This document shows positions 35,818-43,734 of a stretch of DNA of 64,000 bases, one piece after another. Source of the DNA: Gemmatimonadota bacterium. GTDB taxonomy: Bacteria; Gemmatimonadota; Gemmatimonadetes; Palauibacterales; Palauibacteraceae. The stretch spans positions 2,239 to 66,238 of the forward strand of contig JBDHIM010000003.1 in NCBI GenBank assembly GCA_039587445.1. The letters run 5' to 3'. The number at the start of each line of letters is the position of its first letter. Positions within the stretch are counted from its first letter, which is position 1. Made by a program: the position numbers and the translations under genes. The notes beneath the pieces were generated by a model. It ran no database searches and had not been told where the DNA came from. It worked only from the letters and a program-made list of their open reading frames with translations.

Positions 35818-37275
35818 TCAGTCAGATGAAGAGCAGCCGCTCGAGTTGTAGTCGCGCCGGACCTCTTCGATCGCCGCCACGAGTCCCTCGCCTTCGGCGG
35901 CCCCGATGGCGGGCCAATCGGAGCCAGTCGTCAGGGTCTCGGCGGCAGCCTCTACTCGCCTGAAGGCCGTCGTCAGCGGCTCACAAGCCGCTGTTCCACC
36001 CTCGTAGGCCGCCGCCGTTCGGACCCTATCGTACTCCTGGATGTGGGCCTGGAGAGTCTGGCGAGCGTCGCCGGGCGGGCTCGCGAAACTCATTTCGGAA
36101 TTCGCGGACGGAGCTCCGGGGCCTTGCCCGCGCGCCATCGGGACCGCCCCGGCTTGCCCGTCCGCGACTGTCTGATTCGTCGGGATGAGGGTCTCGGCCA
36201 GCGCTCTGGCCAAAGCTCTCGTCTGAAAGCGGGCATCTACGACCATCGCCGCCAGATCGACGCGACCCGTGGCCGATGCCGCGGTCAGTCCGCCGGCCGC
36301 GACCGCGAGGATGGCGGCGGCCGCCGCCGTTCGACGGATCCGTCTGCGACGTCGCTGCGCTTTCTTGGCCTTGAGAAAGTGGGGCAGCAGATCGGATGGG
36401 GCGGGCGCCCCCCCTGTCTTCACACTAGCGTCATCCGCGTTTGCCCGCCCCTTGTTTCCATTCGTCCCATTGCCCGTAGGCGCTTCCGGATCCGAGACAG
36501 CAGCGGGCTCGGAGGAGTCGATCACGAGCTCAAAGGCCGCCTCTCTCGAACACATCCCGGAGCTCTTGACCGAGCGATCCGGCTTGTAGTTGGACCAGCT
36601 GATCCACGACTTGGCCCGCCCGCCGTTCAGTTTCCGTACTGGAAGGACTTCGTAAAAAGCGGCCGGCGTGCTTCGGAAAGCACCGGTTCGGGCATCTCGC
36701 TGGAAGAAGCCCGCCTCCCGGCTGCCCGCCTGTGAGGTGAGCACGAGCGCGCATTGCCAGCGGTTCGGAAAATGGGCCAAGTGAATCCGCTCGTCGCTCT
36801 TGGAGAAGGAGATCCCCAACCTGGGGTGGGCGTGATACCACCCAACGAGCGTCCGCTCGTTCGCGCTGACCTTCAGGCTGAGCGAGAGCCAGAACTCCCT
36901 GAACCGCGCAAGGTCGGCGGGATCTTCGCTCTCTGGCATCGAGTGAGGGGCTGGGTGCGCCTCCTCGATCGACAGATATGACGTGTCCGACTCGGGGCAG
37001 CGGGCGCGCCGGCCCGAGAACATGCCGTACCCCTCGCGGCCGTCAGGCGCCGAGAGGTGCTGCGCGATTTCCCTCAGCGCAGCTTGCCAGACGAAGAGGG
37101 CGATGTCGTGGGATTCCAGGCGCTCGGCCGAGTCCCAGGCCTTGGGTGTCCAGAGGACCGAGCTGTCAACCGGCCTGGGGACGGCCGGGAGCGAGAGCTC
37201 GACGCCGTTTCCGGAGGCCTTGGGCGGCGCTGGCTCTCCCCCGCCTACCTGATGCTGCCCCCACCATTCTGCCAT
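35818..37275 (-). CDS. membrane protein with N-terminal JAB/MPN+ (JAMM) metalloprotease domain, a single TM helix and a C-terminal periplasmic domain
   Basis: JAMM motif E81 ... H148-A-H150-x7-S158-x2-D161 (GWYHAHPRLGISFSKSD, about 36793-36834), preceded by EGYGMFSG. Poly-Arg stretch then TM (AAAAAILAVAAGGLTAASA) at residues 316-334. GAGG RBS. Confidence 0.65.
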   Translation of the reverse strand: MAEWWGQHQVGGGEPAPPKASGNGVELSLPAVPRPVDSSVLWTPKAWDSAERLESHDIALFVWQAALREIAQHLSAPDGREGYGMFSGRRARCPESDTSYLSIEEAHPAPHSMPESEDPADLARFREFWLSLSLKVSANERTLVGWYHAHPRLGISFSKSDERIHLAHFPNRWQCALVLTSQAGSREAGFFQRDARTGAFRSTPAAFYEVLPVRKLNGGRAKSWISWSNYKPDRSVKSSGMCSREAAFELVIDSSEPAAVSDPEAPTGNGTNGNKGRANADDASVKTGGAPAPSDLLPHFLKAKKAQRRRRRIRRTAAAAAILAVAAGGLTAASATGRVDLAAMVVDARFQTRALARALAETLIPTNQTVADGQAGAVPMARGQGPGAPSANSEMSFASPPGDARQTLQAHIQEYDRVRTAAAYEGGTAACEPLTTAFRRVEAAAETLTTGSDWPAIGAAEGEGLVAAIEEVRRDYNSSGCSSSD

Positions 37276-37288
37276 TTTGCCTCACGCT

Positions 37289-37323
37289 ATCACGTTATAC
37301 GACCGTGATTTAAAGCGTTTAAA
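37289..37323. promoter_or_regulatory. AT-rich putative operator upstream of the JAB gene: inverted repeat ATCACG-N9-CGTGAT followed by TTTAAAGCGTTTAAA
   Basis: Read directly, 14-48 bp upstream of the start codon at 37275. Confidence 0.3.
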
Positions 37324-37508
37324 TGCTGATTACAGCGGCTGACAAAAGGACGGTTGGGCGTACTGGCGGGACACATCAGGGTAGTAATCGGTAGTTCCGG
37401 AGTCAACCCGAGCGCACGCCTCGGTGACTCCTGCGATTCACGACGAGGCGCTTGCGGCAGCCGAGTCCCGCCTCCGACTACCGGTTTGCCAGCCGCGAAG
37501 ATGACCTC

Positions 37509-38363
37509 CTACATCAACCAAACGGGCGTGGCGCGATCTCGGTTCAGGGCCGGCGTCCAGACCATCTGCTTGGCGACCTCCACCGCTGCGTTGTCGAAGT
37601 CATCGTGCCCGCTCGACTCCACGAGCACCGTCCGCTGGACGGCGCCCTGCTCGTCGATGAACAGGTAAAGGAGCACCGACTCTCTGACGCGGGCCTTTCG
37701 CGCCCAGTGCGGATAGAGCTCCGAGAGGTGGTAGATCACCTCCTCACGGTTGGTGAGCTCGGGGGCGTGTGTGTACGCAACGAATGTCGGACGATCGGCA
37801 AGGGCGCGCTCGGATCCTCTCATAAGCGGTGCGTGCAGCTGAACTGGATTGGCCTCGAAAGTGGTCGCTCCTATGGTGATGCTCTCCTCGATCTCGAACG
37901 CCGCCACCATCGGCGTGGCCGGCCTCGTGATCGGTTCCGGGGGAGGAGGGGACCTGGAGGTCGGGAGGCAGGTCGAGCGCGAGCAACGCTTCGTCCCTGG
38001 GTCTCAGGTCGGGAGCGCGAAGACCCGGGAGGAAAGCGAGAGCCCCGCATGAATCAACACGGCCAGGGTCAGCCCTGCGGCGTAACGCGAAGTCATGTTG
38101 ACCCTGAAGCGCTCGTGCGCCAGCGCTCGGCCCACCCGTACCGCCTCGAGCTGGCGAGCCCATTCGACCCCGGGATCCCGCTCGGCCTCCACGCGCTCCG
38201 CCGCATCGCGCGCTTCGTCCAGAAGGCGTAGGACCTCCCGCAGTGATCCGTCGGCGCCGACATCTTCCTTCTCCGGCGCGCTCAACGTATGTGCGGCTTC
38301 CTCGATCAGCGCCAGGACGCGCATCTCCGGTCGTGTCACGACCCTCCGCCTCGTCCTTCTCAT
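37509..38363 (-). pseudogene. tonB: TonB-family gene interrupted by an in-frame TGA at 38004-38006. Upstream part is a cytoplasmic extension plus TM anchor; downstream part is a Pro-rich linker plus TonB C-terminal domain.
   Basis: ORF 38004-38363 ends MTSRYAAGLTLAVLIHAGLSLSSRVFALPT, a TonB-type anchor with a His in the helix. Same frame continues after the TGA as DPGTKRCSRSTCLPTSRSPPPPEPITRPATP-MVAAFEIE ... with a clear TonB_C domain. Confidence 0.55.
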
Positions 38364-38643
38364 CTCGACCTCACCGCTCTGGCGTCACCCAGCCACCATT
38401 GTTCGTCACCGTTTCCCACCTCCGTCCGATGATCGGCCCATGGCGGTACCCGGTCCATGACGATACCCAATCGCTCATCTCGGAGATCACTTCCTAATGA
38501 GCCGAGGGCCCATCTGGTTCCCTCGAGGGACGCTCGACTCTCTCATCGACGGACTCAATCCACATTGGCGGGGATAACACGATCCCGGAAGCCGGGCCTC
38601 TTCTGATGTGTGACAACAAGGGCTTTCCAATTTTTATCCACAA

Positions 38644-38663
38644 CTTGTCCACAATCATAGAGG
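38644..38663. promoter_or_regulatory. two head-to-tail DnaA-box sequences TTATCCACA-AC-TTGTCCACA (11-bp phasing) inside a 1 kb low-GC non-coding region
   Basis: Perfect consensus box plus a one-mismatch box read directly. Weaker box-like sequences lie about 80 bp upstream. Confidence 0.4.
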
Positions 38664-38979
38664 CCTCGTTTTTTCAAAAACCTACCTGGCATCAGCCCTT
38701 GCGTCAGCTAAAAGGCCTGGTCAAGGAAGGAAGCTCGTTGACTAATCCAGGCGTTGCGAGCTCATGCATCTGATCCAACCGCAGCCGACCTTGAAGACGG
38801 CAGCCAGCCTCGAAGATGCACGTCGAAGAGGTGATGGATCCAAGCGCATGGGCGGAGGCTCGGACGGAGGGCAGCGCAGGGAGCAACGGGGATAGACTGA
38901 AAAGATGACCATCTCGCCTACGGCGCGGAGTCCGCATGCAACATGGACTCCAGATGTACCTAGATGTACTCAGCCCCCG

Positions 38980-39016
38980 CGCACTCCGAAGAGTGTCGGG
39001 GGCTGAGAGGACGATT
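38980..39016. other. stable imperfect hairpin (CAGCCCCCGCGCACTC-CGAA-GAGTGTCGGGGGCTG, about 14 bp of stem) in the non-coding region
   Basis: Read directly. No flanking U-tract on either strand, so not a canonical terminator. Confidence 0.4.
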
Positions 39017-39388
39017 GACTTACCCTTTCGAGTAAACCCTTCTGCCTCCTGGCAATTCAGTCTCGGTCGATTGCGCTTCTCTTTCGAGACCACACCGATC
39101 TGGTACCAGCTTCACCCGATCCGCGGTTCGGCGTCTGTTTTCCGGGCCGAAGCCCTTCGGTTTATCGCCAGTCGGGCGACCGGTGCTTCTGCCAGAGGGT
39201 GCGGCGATCCGGCTCGCCGGTGCCTCCTCCTTGAGCACGCCCAATGATAAAAAAATTCTTTTTGTTGTGCAACCCCCCTAGCGGGGCAATGGGTGTTTTT
39301 TCAAAATCTCGTAACGATCATCCTTGTGCCACGCGGCCGACTGGCATCCATTCGGATCAATTAAGGCCACGCAAGCGGCCGCTCCTCC

Positions 39389-41467
39389 TCAGCACTCAGC
39401 GACGCGCGTCACCACGCCTCGCCCATGGACGTTGTTGCTGCGATTCGCGTCGGGCAACATGCCGCGCGGATCGATATGCACGGTCCGCACGTTCTTCCCC
39501 TCGAACTGCACCGTGTACGTGTCGCCGTCGCGCCAGATGTCTACCGGTAGTCGGCGACACTCGTCGGTCCCGTCACGAAACACGAAACGGACCTCCATCG
39601 GCATCACGGCGTCGCCCCGGTTCCGGATGGTCACGGTGCTGTTCCCGTCCTGTCGGGTGACATCCGTGACCGCCTGATCCAGGTAACCAGTGCCGTAAAG
39701 CCACGAGTTCCAGTACCAATCAAGATCCTCGCCGGATACGTCCTCCATCGTGCGAAAGAAGTCGGCGGGCTGAGGATGCTTATAAGCCCAGCGCTCAATG
39801 TACGTCGTGAACCCTGTGTCGAAGACGTCAGGACCCAGGACGTACTCACGCAACAGATAGAGCACCATCCCTGGCTTCGTGTATCCGAGGAAGCCGAGTT
39901 GGCTCTCGCTCAGATCATCGGGCGCCGTCATGATCGGCTCGGCGAGATCCTCGGATCGAGTGAGCCTCGCGCTGTTTCGCGGTAGTACGGGATCGGCCGG
40001 CCACGCATCGGCGCCCCCGTAGTCTGTCAGCGAGTAGTGGTTCATGAAGGTGTCGAACCCTTCATCCATCCACGCGTAGCGACGCTCATCGGACCCGACA
40101 ACCATCGGAAACCAGGTGTGGGCGATCTCGTGATCCGTGACGAGGAACAGCCCGAGCCCGCGAGCCTCGACCGAGCAGAAGACGATCATCGGGTACTCCA
40201 TCCCCAGCGCAGTCCCGGCCACGTTGATCGCCACCGGGTACGGATACCTGTACCAGCCGGAGTAGAACTGCAGCGCGTGGAGGACGTATTCCGTCGACAT
40301 CTCCCATCCCGGTATAGGAGGGCCACGTCCACCCGCCCCGAGACCCTCTTCGGGATAGAACGACATCGCGAGGATCCCGTCCCAGCTGCCGGCATCCCAG
40401 ATGAACGCCTTTGAGCCGGCCCAGGCGAAGTCGCGCACGTCCTCGGCGCGGAACTTCCAGGTGAGAGGGCCCGTCCCGATCGGCCGATACTCTTCCTTGC
40501 CCACGTGGTCCTTCTCGACGATCGGCACGGTCGCGGCACTCCGGCTCGCCAGTTCCAGCCTTTGTCGCTGGTCGACCGTCAGAACCTCTTCCGGGTTCTG
40601 CAGTTCACCGGTGGCGGCGACGATGAAGTCGCGCGGAACCGTGATCTCGACGTCGAAATCGCCGAACTCGAGATAGAACTCTCCCTGCCCGAGATAGGGC
40701 ATCGCGTTCCAGCCGGTGACGTCGTCATAGACGAACACTCTCGGATACCACTGGGCGAGCTCGTATACCGTACCCTTCTTCACCTTTAGGCGCCCCATCC
40801 GGTCGGCGCCCGACTCGGGGATGGTGAACGAGAAGTCCACCTCGATCTCCAGCTCTCCGCCTACAGGCTGCACCGGCCGGTCGAGCTGAATCTCCATCAC
40901 CGTGCCGTCGATCTCGTACGGGACATCGAGCGGAACCTCGTCTCGAATGACGGCGACCCGCTCGATATCGTAGCCGCCGCCCTCGAACATCCCCTGGAAT
41001 CGGACGTCGCCAGCCTCCTCTTCCATCCGCGCCGCTCGTTCCGCTCCGCGGCTGTCTGGTCGGAAAAGATTCTGGTCGAGCTGGAACCAGATTGATGAGA
41101 GCGAGTCCGGGCTGTTGTTCGTATACGTGACCTTCTCGCTGCCCTCGATCCGGTGGGTCTCGGGATCCAACGCCACCTTGATCTCGTAACTCACAGCCTG
41201 CTGCCAGTAGGAAGCGGTCGGAGCGCCGGAAGCCGTCCGGAACTCTCCCGGGGCGGGTGCGTCGACGGGCCGGAATACTCCGTCGGCGGCCACCTCCCCC
41301 GAAGCTTCCGCGGCCTCCTCGGTCTGGCCCTCGCCGGCCGGAACTGAACCGGCTGCCGGCTGCAGCGAGTCGGGCGGGGCCTGCCCCAGTACGTCGGGAA
41401 CGGCGGCCGAAACGCTCAGAGCCGCCAGAGCGGCGAAAAGGAATGCGAGTCGGGTCGGTGACTTCAT
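39389..41467 (-). CDS. M1 family aminopeptidase (secreted zinc metallopeptidase)
   Basis: HEXXH-X18-E gluzincin motif VTDHEIAHTWF ... WMDEGFDTF. Signal peptide. Length is 692 aa. Confidence 0.9.
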   Translation of the reverse strand: MKSPTRLAFLFAALAALSVSAAVPDVLGQAPPDSLQPAAGSVPAGEGQTEEAAEASGEVAADGVFRPVDAPAPGEFRTASGAPTASYWQQAVSYEIKVALDPETHRIEGSEKVTYTNNSPDSLSSIWFQLDQNLFRPDSRGAERAARMEEEAGDVRFQGMFEGGGYDIERVAVIRDEVPLDVPYEIDGTVMEIQLDRPVQPVGGELEIEVDFSFTIPESGADRMGRLKVKKGTVYELAQWYPRVFVYDDVTGWNAMPYLGQGEFYLEFGDFDVEITVPRDFIVAATGELQNPEEVLTVDQRQRLELASRSAATVPIVEKDHVGKEEYRPIGTGPLTWKFRAEDVRDFAWAGSKAFIWDAGSWDGILAMSFYPEEGLGAGGRGPPIPGWEMSTEYVLHALQFYSGWYRYPYPVAINVAGTALGMEYPMIVFCSVEARGLGLFLVTDHEIAHTWFPMVVGSDERRYAWMDEGFDTFMNHYSLTDYGGADAWPADPVLPRNSARLTRSEDLAEPIMTAPDDLSESQLGFLGYTKPGMVLYLLREYVLGPDVFDTGFTTYIERWAYKHPQPADFFRTMEDVSGEDLDWYWNSWLYGTGYLDQAVTDVTRQDGNSTVTIRNRGDAVMPMEVRFVFRDGTDECRRLPVDIWRDGDTYTVQFEGKNVRTVHIDPRGMLPDANRSNNVHGRGVVTRVAEC

Positions 41468-41638
41468 TCTCTATGTCCTGATCCTCTGAGGTCCTGTCGA
41501 TATCCGGCGCGTTATGTTGATTTCGTGTACACAGAACGCTTCGGGTTCGATCCGAGTTGCGCGTTACCCCGTGAGAGCTGACGCTGTCTTCTTGACGACC
41601 TCGGAAGGCACCCGGTAACAGGAAAAGCGGAGCGGCGG

Positions 41639-42931
41639 ATGAGCGGCCGTTGGATGATCAGCGGAACCCACCTCTTCAGACAGCCCCTCGTGCAGGCGCT
41701 GTGGATCGGACTGCTCCTTTCGATGAGCTGCGGCCGAGCCGACGGACCGGGCGAGAGATCGGGAGGCGGCGAAGGCTCCGCCGCCGATACGCGCGATCCG
41801 GCGAGTTATCTGATCGTGTGGGCCGCGGACGACGATGGGTCGGAGAGCGACTTCGTGGCCGTCATCGACGTGCGGCGCGACTCCCCGACCTATGCGCAGG
41901 TGATCAAGACCCTCGCCGTCGGTCTCGGTGGCCGGGCGCACCACACGGAACACGTGATGCCCGAGGGCGGGATCCTTCTCGCCAACGCGTTCGACGCGGG
42001 CCTGACCTTCCTCATCGACTTCAACGATCCCGAGGCTCCCTCTATGGCGGGCTACTTCGCGGAAGCCGGCGAGTACCATCATCCGCACAGCTTCGAGCGC
42101 CTCCCCAACGGGAACATCCTCGCCACCTTTCAGAGACGTTCTCGGCCGGGCGTCGGCTCCGTGGAGACCGGAGGCCTGGTCGAGCTTGATTCGTCCGGCG
42201 TCCCGATCCGGTCGGGGAGCGCCGCCGTCCCCGAGCTGGATCCAACGATCCGACCTTACAGCCTCTGCACCGTCCCCGGGCTCGACCGCGTCGTTACCAC
42301 CAGCACTGACATGGCCGGCGTACTCAATCCGGCGGTGCAGGTTTGGCGGCTCTCGGATCTCTCCCTCCGGAGCACGGTCGTTCTCGAGCCCGGCTCTCTG
42401 GGATCCGAGCACCTGGGCACGGCCGAGCCCAGGCTGCTGGCTGACGGGCGGACGGTGCTGGTCTCCACGTTCTCCTGCGGCCTCTACAAGCTCGACGGCC
42501 TGGAGGAGGAGCCAACGGCCGAGCTCGTATACGCGTTCCCGCAGCGGGAAGGAACGTACTGCGCGCTCCCCGTCGTGACGGAGCGGTTCTGGATTCACAC
42601 GGTTCCGGCCGAGCATGCCCTCGTGACCCTGGACATCACCGACCCAAGCCGGCCGGTGGAGGTCGCCCGACTGACGCTCGAGCCTGACGACGTGCCGCAC
42701 TGGATCAGCTTGGAGCCGGGCGGCGGACGCATCGTGATCACGGGATACGCAGGGCTGGCCGGCCGGGTGTTGCTCGCGCGGCTGGACCAAGAGACGGGCG
42801 AGCTGGAGCTGGAGGAGAGCTTCCGTGAGCCACTGGCCGGGCGCCCGGGAGTGGATCTACGTCGCGCCAGCTGGCCTCACGGAGACACCGGGCCGGCCGC
42901 TCCGCACGGGGCCGTCTTCAGTCGCAACTGA
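41639..42931 (+). CDS. selenium-binding protein (SBP56) family / methanethiol oxidase-like protein, lipoprotein-type signal
   Basis: ASYLIVWAADDDGSESDFVAVIDV ... GRAHHTEH ... YHHPHSF and His-rich metal-site blocks typical of SBP56. Length is 430 aa. Confidence 0.65.
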   Translation: MSGRWMISGTHLFRQPLVQALWIGLLLSMSCGRADGPGERSGGGEGSAADTRDPASYLIVWAADDDGSESDFVAVIDVRRDSPTYAQVIKTLAVGLGGRAHHTEHVMPEGGILLANAFDAGLTFLIDFNDPEAPSMAGYFAEAGEYHHPHSFERLPNGNILATFQRRSRPGVGSVETGGLVELDSSGVPIRSGSAAVPELDPTIRPYSLCTVPGLDRVVTTSTDMAGVLNPAVQVWRLSDLSLRSTVVLEPGSLGSEHLGTAEPRLLADGRTVLVSTFSCGLYKLDGLEEEPTAELVYAFPQREGTYCALPVVTERFWIHTVPAEHALVTLDITDPSRPVEVARLTLEPDDVPHWISLEPGGGRIVITGYAGLAGRVLLARLDQETGELELEESFREPLAGRPGVDLRRASWPHGDTGPAAPHGAVFSRN

Positions 42932-43111
42932 ACGGCGTCAGACCCGTGTCCGTCAGCCTCCGGGAGCGGTGGATTCGGTAGGCTCGTCCCAAAGCCGCTG
43001 CGCCGCCACCCGGGAGAATGGGCGTTGCGAACGGGCGGTGCCGGTTTCATCCTGCAGCCACCCCTAGCGATGACGCTGGAAGAACGAGCCCCCAGACGCC
43101 CGGAGGCCAAC

Positions 43112-43732
43112 ATGCGCCACACCTTTCACGTTCCGACGTGGTTCGTCTCGCTCTTCGTCCTGATCCTGATCACTGCCCCTCCGACGTTGGCCCAGGCACC
43201 GACCGCCGAGGCACAGGTCGCGGAGGCTACCCTCCCGCTGCCTGATGAGATGCGGGCCGGTGCCTCGGTGATCGGGTGGAACGAGTCGGGCGAGCACACC
43301 GATCTTCGCGAAGGCACCAACGGCATGATCTGCATCGCGGATGAGCCCGGCGACGAGCGATTCAGGGTGGTGTGCTATGCCGAGACGCTTCATCCCCTGC
43401 TCTCGCGCAGCCGAGAGCTGCGTGAAGAGAACCTGGAGGAGGCGGAGAGAGACCGGCGCCTCGAGGAAGAGGTCGAGGCCGGCAACGTCGCGCTACCCGA
43501 ACAGCCGGCCGTGCTTCACGTAATCAACGGACCGGAGGGCAGCTACGATCCGGCCACCGGGCAGGTGAGCGACGAGGTCAGCGAGCTTCGGATCATCTTC
43601 ACGCCCTACCAAACCGCCGAGGCGATGGGTCTCCCGACGGAGCGCCAGGGCGGTATGCCCTGGGTGATGAACTCGGGCGAACTGTTCTCCCACATCATGA
43701 TCGTTCCAGCGAGCGACGAGGAAGGAGAGTAG
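43112..43732 (+). CDS. hypothetical secreted protein
   Basis: Signal peptide (MRHTFHVPTWFVSLFVLILITAPPTLAQA), then a non-repetitive sequence. No family recognised. Confidence 0.5.
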   Translation: MRHTFHVPTWFVSLFVLILITAPPTLAQAPTAEAQVAEATLPLPDEMRAGASVIGWNESGEHTDLREGTNGMICIADEPGDERFRVVCYAETLHPLLSRSRELREENLEEAERDRRLEEEVEAGNVALPEQPAVLHVINGPEGSYDPATGQVSDEVSELRIIFTPYQTAEAMGLPTERQGGMPWVMNSGELFSHIMIVPASDEEGE

Positions 43733-43734
43733 CC

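Noticed and set aside
35808-35825. Tandem 9-bp repeat CTCAGTCAGCTCAGTCAG spanning the JAB gene stop codon
   Set aside because: Only two copies. Probably a chance or slippage duplication at the gene end with no obvious function.
38004-38006. TGA in tonB as a possible selenocysteine or recoded codon
   Set aside because: No SECIS-like hairpin immediately downstream. TonB linkers carry no conserved Cys/Sec. High-GC genomes do not use TGA-recoding genetic codes. A nonsense mutation or sequencing error is more likely.
37452-38231. 259-aa plus-strand ORF
   Set aside because: Antisense to the TonB C-terminal domain, which has strong family similarity. Composition is Arg/Gly/Pro-rich, typical of spurious high-GC ORFs.
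38725-38760. SRP-RNA-like motif CCUGGUCAAGGAAGGAAGCUCGUUGACUAAUCCAGG (GGAA tetraloop, GGAAGC block) in the low-GC non-coding region
   Set aside because: Only partial resemblance to the 4.5S RNA domain IV consensus (GGUCCGGAAGGAAGCAGC). The flanking conserved helices and the AGCAGCC strand are missing. Needs a covariance-model search before any call.
41564-42790. 408-aa minus-strand ORF
   Set aside because: Antisense to the SBP56-family gene. Gly/Arg-rich.
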